From NCBI GenBank assembly GCA_938091905.1, contig CALKOM010000167.1, positions 1 to 37,875 on the forward strand: 37,875 nucleotides of DNA, read 5' to 3'. This DNA is from an uncultured Verrucomicrobiales bacterium (GTDB lineage Bacteria > Verrucomicrobiota > Verrucomicrobiia > Verrucomicrobiales > DEV007). Below are positions 17,951 through 27,483 of this stretch, piece after piece (within the stretch, counting starts at the first letter, position 1; every line of letters starts with the position of its first letter). Both the position numbers and the translations under genes were made by a program. The notes under the pieces were generated by a model. That model was not told where the DNA came from. It worked only from the letters and a program-made list of their open reading frames with translations, and made no database searches.

Positions 17951-20671
17951 CTAATTGATCGCTTCCACCTTGACCGCGCAGACCTTTAGTTCCGCTGTTT
18001 CGGTAACGGGATCATAGCCTGAACCAGTAAGGATATTGATCGGAATCTCAGCAAAGCTGAAGCTCGCGAAGACCGTGCCCCGGGGCGATCTGTCAGTGAT
18101 ATTGACCGGAATCTCAAGGCTTCCACGCCGGCTGCTGAGTCGGCAATTGTCGCCATGAGTGAGTTTCAGGCGCTCAGCGTCTTCTGGATGAATCTCAAGA
18201 CTTTCTCCAGGGAGAAGATACTCGATCCCAGCGGAACGACCCGTTTGAGTGCGAGAATGATAGGCTTGGAGGCGACGTCCCGTGGTCAGCCAGATCGGGA
18301 AATGGTCATCAACCACCTCTGCCGGGTCTCGATAACCAAGGCTCTTGAAAATCCCTCGTCCATTCTTGAACTCTTTCTCGTGGAGCATCGGTGTGCCAGG
18401 GTGATCCTTTTCAGGCACGGGCCACTGGTATTCGCTCCTATCGATCCGATCCCAATCGAGACCATTGTAAATCGGTGAGACACTGCAGAGCTCGTTGAAG
18501 ACATCCTTCGCAGAATTATACTCGAATCCAGGAACACCAAGGCGTTGAGCAATTTGACTGACAATCCACCAATCTGGTTTCGCCTCTCCTACGGCAGGCA
18601 CGGCAGCTCGCAATCGCTGGACACGGCGCTCAGTATTTGTGCAGACTCCGTCCGTCTCACCCCAAGCGGTTGCAGGAAAGACCACGTCGGCGAATTCAGC
18701 CGTCTCCGTTCGGAAGATATCGATGACCACGAGATGATCGAGACTTCTAAGAGCGTGTTCACAGTGATTTCGATCAGGATCAGTGACGACAGTATTCTCC
18801 CCGTCAATGATCATCGCATGGATACTCTTGCCGCACTCATTGAGGGCCGTGACTTTGGTGATGCCTTTGCCTTGATCAATAGGTGTTTGATAGAGATTTG
18901 AAAACTTCTCGCTCGAAGCCGGATCAGCACAGGGTTGGAAGCCCGGGAAATTCGCTGGAACGGCACCGCAATCCCCTGCCCCTTGAATGTTGTTCTGCCC
19001 ACGCATAGGATTCACACCGGTTCCTTCTCGACCAATGTGCCCGGTCATTAAGGCGAGATTGCACAGGCTTTGCACATTATCCACGCCGCAGATGTGCTCC
19101 GTAATGCCGAGAGTGTAGAAGATGGCTCCTCGGTCCGCTTCGCCATACCAGATGGCCGCTTGCTCAATGTCCTTCGCGGGAACTTCAGTAATCTCTGCCG
19201 CCCACTCAGGTGTGAACTCATTGATATGCTCCAAGAAAGCTTCGGCGTCTGTCGTGCGTTCTTCAATAAAGGTCTTGTTTAACAAGCCTTCACGCTGAAT
19301 GACGTGCGCCATGGCTAACAAGAGCGCCACATCCGAACCCACCCGGATCGGCAGGTAGAGATCAGCGATCTCCGCAAGCCGAATCCGTCGTGGATCCACG
19401 ACAATGAGCTTCGCATCGTTCGCAATAGCTTTCTTAAGACGGGTCGCAGCAACCGGATGACACTCGGTCATGTTTGTACCAATCGCGAAGATGACGTCTG
19501 GTTTCTCCATGTCGACCAGTGGATTCGACATGGCCCCGCGTCCGATGGTGGCTGCCAGACCGGCAACCGTGGGAGCATGTCAGGCTCGACTACAGTTATC
19601 TATCTGGTTCGTTCCGAATCCTGCTCGGATGAACTTCTGCATGGTGTAGGCGGCTTCGTGCGGAGCCCTTCCGGAGGCGATCCCGTAGATCGCATGCCGG
19701 TCATGTTCTTCTCTCACCGCTTTGAAACCAGCCGCAGCACGGTCAAGAGCCTCCTCCCACTCGCACTCATGCAATTCACCATCATCGCGCCGAACCAGTG
19801 GCTTCATCAGACGGTCCTCATGTTGCACGAAGTCGAAGGCGAACTGTCCCTTGATACAAAGCGCACCTTCGTTAGAGGGACCATCCATGGCAGGCTGCAC
19901 ACCAACAATTTTTTCATTCTTGGTCAAGATATCAACAGAACAGCCAACTCCGCAGTAGGGACAAATGGAACGTGTCTTGGAAATCTCGCCTGGCTGATCA
20001 ACAGCACGCATGGCTTTCTTATCAGCAAGGGCACCGGTCGGACAGGTCTGAACACATTGTCCACAGAAGGTGCAGGAAGAATCCCGCAGGTCGTTCCCAA
20101 ATTCCGTGATGATTTGAGTTTCGAACCCGCGATTCATCACATTAATCGCATAGTCGCCTTCCTGCTCCGCACAAACCCTCACACAACGGTAACAAGAAAT
20201 ACAGTTGTCGTAGTCACGCAGAATGAAAGGGTTCTTGTCGTCCGTATTTGATTGACCCGACTGCTTTCCTTGAAACCGCCCCGACTTGGCGTCATACTCG
20301 ACAACTAAACTGGTGAGTTCCTGCGATGCGAAACCACGCAGCGGATCGACATCGACTTGACGGTTTTCAGAAGCCACCATCTCAAGAAGCGTCTTGCGGT
20401 ATTTCTCAATAGCTGAAGTCTTCGTCTTGACAACCATGCCTGCGGTAGCCTCGGTCGTGCAAGAAGCCACAGGATTTCGGATCCCTTCAACCTCCACAAC
20501 GCAGAGCCGACACGCGCCAAAGGCTTCTAACCGTGGATCATAGCACAGCGTCGGAATACTCTTCTGCACACGCTGCGCAGCTTCGTAGATCGTCTCCCCT
20601 TCGGTAAACTCGACGGACACACCATCGATGTTCATGGTAGCAGTTTGAGGCGTTTCCTTCAGAGCAATCAT
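17951..20671 (-). CDS. fdhF: Selenocysteine-containing formate dehydrogenase alpha subunit (Mo/W-bisPGD, NuoG-like Fe-S N-terminus), 906 aa with UGA read-through
   Basis: The two ORFs are in frame and joined by TGA(19582-19580)-HAPTVAGLAATIGRGA. The context NCSRA-U-H matches E. coli FdhF CARV-U-HGPSVAGL. Also PTLCY/GACRLCVVE, CISCYRCVRVC, CTFCGQCVQTCP, CPYCGVGC, PMRGQNNIQG and LTTGR. Confidence 0.93.
19550..19582 (-). promoter_or_regulatory. UGA(Sec) codon plus bacterial SECIS element
   Basis: mRNA reads UGA CAUGCUCCCAC GGUUGCC-GGUCU-GGCAGCC: 11-nt spacer, then a 7-bp stem. Closely similar to E. coli fdhF (UGA CACGGCCCAUC GGUUGCAGGUCUGCACC). Confidence 0.88.
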
Positions 20672-20682
20672 AGACTTCTGGG

Positions 20683-20711
20683 AAACTAGAAGCCGCTCGC
20701 AGGCTTGGCAA
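20683..20711 (-). promoter_or_regulatory. Sigma70-type promoter of the FDH gene
   Basis: TTGCCA (20711-20706), 17 bp spacer, TAGTTT (20688-20683), 11 nt before the ATG at 20671. Confidence 0.55.
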
Positions 20712-20728
20712 GCGCTTCCGTTCCGGCT

Positions 20729-23700
20729 CTACGGCGTTTCACTGACGAACTGGAAGAAGACGCGGTCTGACGACGAAGTAATCTCGGCTTCAGCAGGCTC
20801 TTTGCCATCCGAGGCAGCACCGGTAATTAGGTGGGTGATACCTGTAGTGAACCAATTCACCATATCCGTAGACCATTCTATATCAACGAAACCCAGTGGC
20901 GCATCTTCCAATTTCATATAGACCACTTTCGCGCCGGTAGCCGTACCAATAACCTCATAGTCCGGTTCGTCGTCGACGTTTGGATCTGTGCCTAGGTAAA
21001 ACTCAAACTCGTTCACCCACTCACCGCCATCAGGATTCGCGTGGCGTCCCCATACAGCGGCTTCCTTGTCAGGATCATTCAGATCACCCGTGCTGAAGTT
21101 AGCCGCGAGCCAGGTATCATACGGATCGTCACCCGTCACCTCGATCGTTAAACGCTCGCTATCACAGAAGTTCCCAGGGCCATTATCTGTCACAATCACA
21201 TCAAACGTGTAGGATGCCGGCCCCTGAGCCGCCGTTGGGGTCCAAGAGAAGAGTCCCGTAACCTCATCGATCATCGCTCCAACAGGCGCATTTGCAGAAA
21301 GACTGAAGGTTCGATCATGCCCGCTGGGATCCGATGACGTAGCAGTAAACTGAAGGTTCTCAAGTTCAGCCACAGTCTGATTGCCAATCTCGTCTAGCAC
21401 AGGAAAATCGTTCGCATTGATGAAGTTTCCAAAGGCCACGCCGATCTGTTCATAGCCGTCGTTAGTAGGATGAAGACCATCCAATATTTGATTGTTCTTA
21501 GGGGTAACTGACAACGCAGGATCCACATAAGAGAATCGATCACCTAACACTCCAACTAAATTTTGGATTTGAGAGTTAAAGACCGGCACGGCAGTAGCGA
21601 GTTCTATTCTCGCCCGGTCAAACTGAGAGCCTTCCCCTCCAAAGCCTGGATCAGAGTCAACGTCTACTGGAGAAATAGCCGCCGCAATAATCTTAGTCGA
21701 AGGCGGAAACTGTTGAGCAACTTCCAAGAGCAAGTCGCGGTAGCGATCAATGATCGCGTCCACATCGTGCTGCGTAGAATTCATCCCATCAAACTCGTTA
21801 AAGATACCCGACGATGTGTAGTCTCCAGCGACACTCGGAGCAAAGCTTTCGTTCATATCTGCTGGCGCTATGAGCAACATAAGATCGTTCATCCCTGCCA
21901 TGACAACCACAAAGTTTGGAACAATAACAGAATCCTTGATGACATTAAAACCCTCCTGGATTCCAGGATTAGAGAACGCCTCCGAAGGCGTTTGGCTGAT
22001 CACGCTCCCATCGCCCCCCACGATAGGTGCACCACCATCGCCAGGAGTACCGAGAATCCTTCCACTGTCAGCACGCGAACTTGTTTCCCCGACATAAGTC
22101 GCTGGCATCGGTAGCGTCTGATCAAGAAACGTGTGATAACTGATACCATCGTTGTTGTGAGGAAGACCTGCGGTTATCGAATCTCCCATCGTCATGATAT
22201 AGAGTTCTGGATCGACCACCGTGATCTCCACCTCCTGGGTAGCCTCGACGCTGCCGTCTGAGACAAAGACATCGAAGGTGTAAAGCCCATTGCCCTGACC
22301 AGCAGAAGGCGTCCATCGGAACTCGCCCGTGGTTGAATCGATAGCGGCGCCAGCAGGAGCATTCTCCAATCGATAGGTGAGGGTGTCAGCAGGCTCATCC
22401 GTGTCCCGACCAGTCGCAAAGAAGCGTAGCGTTGATTCTCGCCCAAGGTTTCTATTCGCAATAGGATCGAGTGTTGGAGCGACATTCACGTTGTTTACAG
22501 TGAAAGTAACGGTTTCTCGATAAACGAGCCGACCGCTCCCATCGTCTTGGACGGCAATGTCAAATTCGATAGATGCTCCGCCCTGATTTCCCAGAGGCGT
22601 CCACCGGAAGATTCCATTCTCATCAATGGTAGCCCCCACGGGTTTTCCATCTGGCAGACCGTAGTTCAACGCTTGAGCAGGCACGTCTGGATCCGTCGCC
22701 TGCAAATCAATCACAAGTTCGACACCTTCATCAATCGTTCGATCGCCAACCATCGGAAAGGTTGGGGGCTGGTTGGTTTCGAAGACTAAAACCTTCACCG
22801 TCTCCCCATCTTTACCAAAAGCGTTGTCCGTCACGACGAGTTCAAAGAAGAAAGTATCATCCCCGGTTCCTGGCCCCTGAGCCTCCGTAGGAGTCCAGGC
22901 GAATGTAACACTATCACCCATCGCCGACGGCGTCAGTGTTGCCCCCGTTGGGAAACGTTTTCCATCGATCGCCTCTAGGCTAAACGTGAACGTATTTCCA
23001 ACGTCCGCATCCGTGACCGAGGCCTCAAAGCTCACTTCAACAAGCTCATCGGCAGCTACCGTTCCGGGCACTGCACCAAACACAGGATTCACATTGGCAT
23101 CAGCAACCTCTATCGAAATCTCATCTGAGTCCGATGCCGCACTTGGATCTTTGACAATAATATCGAAGGTGTACGTTGCCCCCCCTTGAGTTAAGTCTGG
23201 AGTCCACGTAAAGGTGCCTTCCGGAGTGATCGAGGCCCCACTCGGAGCGGATCCATCCAACTCGTAGGTGAGCGCCTGAGCAGGAAGGTCAACGTCTTGA
23301 CCCTGGTTCACCGTAAACATGAGTTCCACATCCACGGTCGCAGTCTGATCGGGCACGTTCTCAAGCGTCGGCGGGGTGTTCACTTCGACCACCTCCACAC
23401 TGACGAACTGACCGTGATTTAGCGTGCCGGCTCCATCATCCGTTACGATGATGGGAATCTCATACACTCCTGGTCCATTCTCCTCAGTAGGCGTCCAAGT
23501 GAAGGCACCGGCTGTCGTGATCGCAGCACCGGCAATGGCACCATCGCCGAGGCTAAACGTGTGGCTATCTCCCCCATCTGCATCGGTTACCGTCGCTGTG
23601 AAGGAGAGCGTGGCGAGCTCATCCACGAATTTCGCAGGAATCGCATCGATCACCGGTGCGGTATTTCCATTGGTGATGAAAGCTCTCACCGCATCACCTA

Positions 23701-24532
23701 TCTTCTCGTGGCCACCCGCAGTTGGATGAAGACCATCAAGGATATCCGTCGCTAGCAAAGCCGGATCGACAAAGGAGAAACGGTCTCCCTTAGTGTGGAC
23801 CAGTCCTGAGGGGCCACTCGAATCAAAGATCTGCAAATTGAAGGCCGCCACATTCGTTGCCAGGACCCAGGCCTCGGCGGATGTGAGGTGACGCGTGACA
23901 AAGCTCCCAGCTGGATCAATTGGCGGAATAGGAAGACAGATGATCTCTGAAGCAGTCGGATAAGCAGCAGCCAACGAATCTAACAATGCCTCATATCGAA
24001 AAATCAAGCTATCCACTGGATGATCCACGGAAGGGTTCACTCCGTCATCATCAGTAAACGTGCCGCTCGACGTGAAGTCCCCAGCGATACTCGGGCTAAA
24101 CGAGTCCAAGCCTCCTGAAGGGGAAATCAGCTGAATAAGGTCATTCACGCCACCTAGCACAACGATATATTCCGGCGCCGCTATTCCACTAACCTTATTG
24201 ACGGCTTCTAGCATACCATCGTTGCTGAAGACTGCTGACACCTCTGGCCCTCCGACCACTGGGGCTTTACTGATGAAGTAGCCGTCACCGCCGACAATCG
24301 GAATCGTTCCTGCACCCATGACAAACGGGTCACCAAGCTGCCCACCAACATACGTAGGATCAGGATCAAGAACATCGTTGAGCTTGGATTGGTAACCAAC
24401 GGCATCATGCGGGAAGCCACTCGTAATCGAGTCGCCAATCGTGAGAAGTGTCTGAGCCGAGGCAGTCGTGATCAGGACATAGAGGAGAGCACCTAAGAGG
24501 AAGCGAGAATCAGCAGAGCTAGTAGTGAACAT
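20729..24532 (-). CDS. Large secreted protein with two SGNH/GDSL hydrolase domains, six cadherin/Ig-like repeats and a C-terminal tail domain
   Basis: Signal ...LITTASA|Q. SGNH1: IGDSITSG, GGVND, DGLHP. SGNH2: MGDSITAG, AGMND, DGLHP. Repeats begin N-x-x-P and contain F-x-W-T-P. ATG 24532 preferred over GTG 24568. Confidence 0.85.
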   Translation of the reverse strand: MFTTSSADSRFLLGALLYVLITTASAQTLLTIGDSITSGFPHDAVGYQSKLNDVLDPDPTYVGGQLGDPFVMGAGTIPIVGGDGYFISKAPVVGGPEVSAVFSNDGMLEAVNKVSGIAAPEYIVVLGGVNDLIQLISPSGGLDSFSPSIAGDFTSSGTFTDDDGVNPSVDHPVDSLIFRYEALLDSLAAAYPTASEIICLPIPPIDPAGSFVTRHLTSAEAWVLATNVAAFNLQIFDSSGPSGLVHTKGDRFSFVDPALLATDILDGLHPTAGGHEKIGDAVRAFITNGNTAPVIDAIPAKFVDELATLSFTATVTDADGGDSHTFSLGDGAIAGAAITTAGAFTWTPTEENGPGVYEIPIIVTDDGAGTLNHGQFVSVEVVEVNTPPTLENVPDQTATVDVELMFTVNQGQDVDLPAQALTYELDGSAPSGASITPEGTFTWTPDLTQGGATYTFDIIVKDPSAASDSDEISIEVADANVNPVFGAVPGTVAADELVEVSFEASVTDADVGNTFTFSLEAIDGKRFPTGATLTPSAMGDSVTFAWTPTEAQGPGTGDDTFFFELVVTDNAFGKDGETVKVLVFETNQPPTFPMVGDRTIDEGVELVIDLQATDPDVPAQALNYGLPDGKPVGATIDENGIFRWTPLGNQGGASIEFDIAVQDDGSGRLVYRETVTFTVNNVNVAPTLDPIANRNLGRESTLRFFATGRDTDEPADTLTYRLENAPAGAAIDSTTGEFRWTPSAGQGNGLYTFDVFVSDGSVEATQEVEITVVDPELYIMTMGDSITAGLPHNNDGISYHTFLDQTLPMPATYVGETSSRADSGRILGTPGDGGAPIVGGDGSVISQTPSEAFSNPGIQEGFNVIKDSVIVPNFVVVMAGMNDLMLLIAPADMNESFAPSVAGDYTSSGIFNEFDGMNSTQHDVDAIIDRYRDLLLEVAQQFPPSTKIIAAAISPVDVDSDPGFGGEGSQFDRARIELATAVPVFNSQIQNLVGVLGDRFSYVDPALSVTPKNNQILDGLHPTNDGYEQIGVAFGNFINANDFPVLDEIGNQTVAELENLQFTATSSDPSGHDRTFSLSANAPVGAMIDEVTGLFSWTPTAAQGPASYTFDVIVTDNGPGNFCDSERLTIEVTGDDPYDTWLAANFSTGDLNDPDKEAAVWGRHANPDGGEWVNEFEFYLGTDPNVDDEPDYEVIGTATGAKVVYMKLEDAPLGFVDIEWSTDMVNWFTTGITHLITGAASDGKEPAEAEITSSSDRVFFQFVSETP

Positions 24533-24737
24533 GGATAGAGAAACAACAGATTTGGGCGTAAACAGCACGGTCGTTGCGTCAGGAGCCCATAATCACCACC
24601 AATCGCCCGAACAATCATTCAAGCGAACAAGTACTGCGACAATTATCATAATTAAGAACTATTGCCGGACTGAATCTTAGCGATGACCATCAGGACCCGT
24701 CCTTGATTCCTCCTACGTTGTCGCTAACAAAGAAAAG

Positions 24738-25679
24738 ATGAGCCTTCCCTCCATCACCCTCCTGTTTGCCGGTCAGGGTTCCCAGGCCATCGGCATGGGA
24801 CACAGCCTTGCCGAAACATATCCCGCAGCCAAGGCCATCCTTGAAGAGGCCGAAGCTCACCTAGATTTCTCGCTGACGGAGGTCATGGCCCAAGGACCTG
24901 AAGAGGAACTGACGCGGACTAGCCGTTGCCAACCAGCACTCTTTGTCCACGGCATGATGAGCCTCGCCGTCCTCAAAGATCAATTAGGTGAAGATCTCAA
25001 CATTGCCGCCGCGGCTGGCCTTTCGTTAGGGGAGTTCACGGCCCACACAGCCGCCGGGAGTTTGAGCTTCGTTGACGGACTTCAGTTGGTCGCTAAACGA
25101 GGTAAATACATGGAAGAAGCCTGTGATCAAACAGACGGATCCATGGCTGCCATGATCGGCGGCACCGAGGATCAGGTGCGCACACTTGCTGCCTCCACAG
25201 GCGTTGACGTCGCCAATCTGAACTCGCCCGGACAAATCGTCGTATCAGGAAAGCGCGAGGCAATCGCCAAAACAATCGCAGATGCAAAAGGGGCAGGGAT
25301 TCGTATTGCGAAGGAGATTAAGGTCGCTGGAGCCTATCACTCGTCCCTGATGCAGTCGGCCCAAGAAAAACTCGCCGCTGAATTGGCTCAGACGGCATTC
25401 AATACGCCAAAGTTTCCCGTCATCAGCAACCTAACAGCATCACCAGCAACGGCTGCCGACGAAATCAAACGCACGCTGGAAGCCCAGGTCACTGGCTCAG
25501 TTCGTTGGTCGGAATCAATCGCCTTCTTGCTAGATCAAGGAGAAACACATTTCCTCGAATGCGGTCCCGGCAAGATCCTCTCTGGCTTGATGGGTCGCAT
25601 TCGCAAAGGAACTTTCTGCATGCCCACCGGTGACACTGATCAGTTGGAAACCGCTCTCCAGGGCCTTCGCGGCGCTTAA
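24738..25679 (+). CDS. fabD: Malonyl CoA-ACP transacylase
   Basis: LFAGQGSQ, CQPAL, GLSLGE, ANLNSPGQIVVSG, VAGAYHSSLM and ECGPGKILSGL motifs. Confidence 0.96.
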   Translation: MSLPSITLLFAGQGSQAIGMGHSLAETYPAAKAILEEAEAHLDFSLTEVMAQGPEEELTRTSRCQPALFVHGMMSLAVLKDQLGEDLNIAAAAGLSLGEFTAHTAAGSLSFVDGLQLVAKRGKYMEEACDQTDGSMAAMIGGTEDQVRTLAASTGVDVANLNSPGQIVVSGKREAIAKTIADAKGAGIRIAKEIKVAGAYHSSLMQSAQEKLAAELAQTAFNTPKFPVISNLTASPATAADEIKRTLEAQVTGSVRWSESIAFLLDQGETHFLECGPGKILSGLMGRIRKGTFCMPTGDTDQLETALQGLRGA

Positions 25680-25749
25680 TTCAGCACTTTATGCACGAGC
25701 AGCCGCGAAATGGGCTTGCATCTTGCACCAAGAACTCAAGGCTTTAGCC

Positions 25750-27483
25750 ATGCGCTTAACGTTGTCCATGGCCTATGCAGGAGCCGGCCTACTCCTCGGG
25801 TGTACCCTCCTGACCCAAGCTGAAGATCCGGCAACGCCTGTCGCTTTGCAGAACCCGTTTCCCCAGCTCATTCATGAGTATCAGGAAGACCATGGCAATC
25901 TTCAACGCTACTACCGCTTTCCGTTCAGCGGCCTCGACCAAGAACGGCTAACACAGTTCCATCAAAACTACCAGGCACGCATTGGTGAGATTCCTTTCGA
26001 ATCGCTCAGCCAGGACGGAAGAATAGACTTCCTCCTCATGCGGAATCACCTCGACTACCAGCTTAAGTTAATCGACTACCGCAATCGGCGCCTAAAGATG
26101 GTCACACGATGGATAGGCTTCGCAGAAGAGATGACACAACTCTTCCTTGATCGTCGTAGTTCCACTTCCAAAGAGGCCTCTCTCATCGCGACCGACCTGA
26201 CCAAACTTCTAGCATCGATCAAAGAAACGGCAGCACCATTGACTAAGTCAGGCGACGACCAACTGTCGGCTGTACACGCTCAGCGTGTGATCACGATTGT
26301 CAGTCATCTCAAGCGTGAACTTGATGCGTGGTATCGGTTCTACCACGGCTACGACCCAACATTCAATTGGTGGAATCAAAAACCCTATCAAGCCGTCGCC
26401 ACCGCCCTAGATAATTACCTCGACTCGCTAAAAAACATCTTAGGCGACAACGATGCCCTCGTTGGTGACCCCATCGGTCGACGAGCTCTAACGAATGCTT
26501 TATGGAACGAGTTCATTGCCTACTCCCCAGAGGAACTCTTGGACATAGCAGAAAAAGAATACGCTTGGTGCGTCAAGGAATGGAAACGCGCCGCATCAGA
26601 ACTCGGCTTCGAAGACGACTGGAAAGCCGCTCTGAATCACATCAAAACCCTTCATGTGCCCCCCGGCGACCAACCGGCCATGATCAAAGAACTCGCGGAC
26701 GAAGCAGTGGACTTCCTCGAAACGCGCGACCTGGTCACCATCCCCCCAGTTTGCAAAGAGACCTGGCGAATGGAAATGATGACGGCAGAGCGTCAGAAAG
26801 TGAATCCCTACTTTACCGGCGGCGAAGTGATCAGTGTTTCTTTTCCAACAAATGAGATGGAACACGAGGACAAACTCATGAGCCTGCGCGGGAACAACCG
26901 GCATTTCTGCAAAGCCACCGTCCACCACGAACTCATCCCGGGTCATCACTTACAGATCTACATGCAGGAACGCCATCGCGCTTATCGCAAACTCTTTCGC
27001 ACACCATTCTTGGTCGAAGGCTGGGCCCTTTACTGGGAAATGCTACTTTGGGAAAAGGAATTCTACGATGGCCCAGAAGACCGCGTCGGTATGCTCTTCT
27101 GGCGCACCCACCGTTGCGCCCGCATCATCTTCTCCCTGAAATTCCATCTCGAACAAATGACGGCAGAGGAATGTGTCGACTACCTTGTGGAGAATGTGGG
27201 TCACGAACGCCGCAATGCCACGGCAGAAGTCAGACGCTCCATCCAAGGAGGTTATGAACCCCTCTATCAAGCCGCCTACATGTTAGGTGGTCTTCAGTTC
27301 CGCGCTCTCAGACAAGAGTTCGTCGATAGCGGCGAGATGACGGAGAAAGAATTTCATGATAACATTCTGTTAGAAAATTCAATTCCTATCGACATGATCC
27401 GGGCCAAGTTCAATGGCCAGGAAATGACCAATGGCTACGCAAGCACTTGGAAGTTCTACAGTGCTCCTGCTACTGAGCCTTAG
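25750..27483 (+). CDS. DUF885 family secreted protein (putative metallopeptidase-like)
   Basis: Signal peptide from ATG 25750; HHELIPGHHLQ, LVEGWALYWE, AEVRR, QAAYMLG and EFHDNIL motifs. Confidence 0.85.
   Translation: MRLTLSMAYAGAGLLLGCTLLTQAEDPATPVALQNPFPQLIHEYQEDHGNLQRYYRFPFSGLDQERLTQFHQNYQARIGEIPFESLSQDGRIDFLLMRNHLDYQLKLIDYRNRRLKMVTRWIGFAEEMTQLFLDRRSSTSKEASLIATDLTKLLASIKETAAPLTKSGDDQLSAVHAQRVITIVSHLKRELDAWYRFYHGYDPTFNWWNQKPYQAVATALDNYLDSLKNILGDNDALVGDPIGRRALTNALWNEFIAYSPEELLDIAEKEYAWCVKEWKRAASELGFEDDWKAALNHIKTLHVPPGDQPAMIKELADEAVDFLETRDLVTIPPVCKETWRMEMMTAERQKVNPYFTGGEVISVSFPTNEMEHEDKLMSLRGNNRHFCKATVHHELIPGHHLQIYMQERHRAYRKLFRTPFLVEGWALYWEMLLWEKEFYDGPEDRVGMLFWRTHRCARIIFSLKFHLEQMTAEECVDYLVENVGHERRNATAEVRRSIQGGYEPLYQAAYMLGGLQFRALRQEFVDSGEMTEKEFHDNILLENSIPIDMIRAKFNGQEMTNGYASTWKFYSAPATEP

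Noticed and set aside
19457..20251. 264-aa antisense ORF over FDH, and other long shadow ORFs (11463..12092, 13355..13906, 21563..22114, 34226..34756)
   Set aside because: They lie entirely within well-supported genes and carry no motifs, as expected from codon bias.
17951..20671. Two separate FDH genes or a nonsense pseudogene
   Set aside because: The ORFs share a frame, the single TGA is at the Sec position, a SECIS is present and the linker encodes conserved residues.
24616..24653. LexA-like CATTC-N4-GAACA and Fur-like ATTATCATAATT between the SGNH gene and fabD
   Set aside because: Only partial matches (8/10 for LexA, wrong spacing for Fur), and the flanking genes are not SOS or iron genes.
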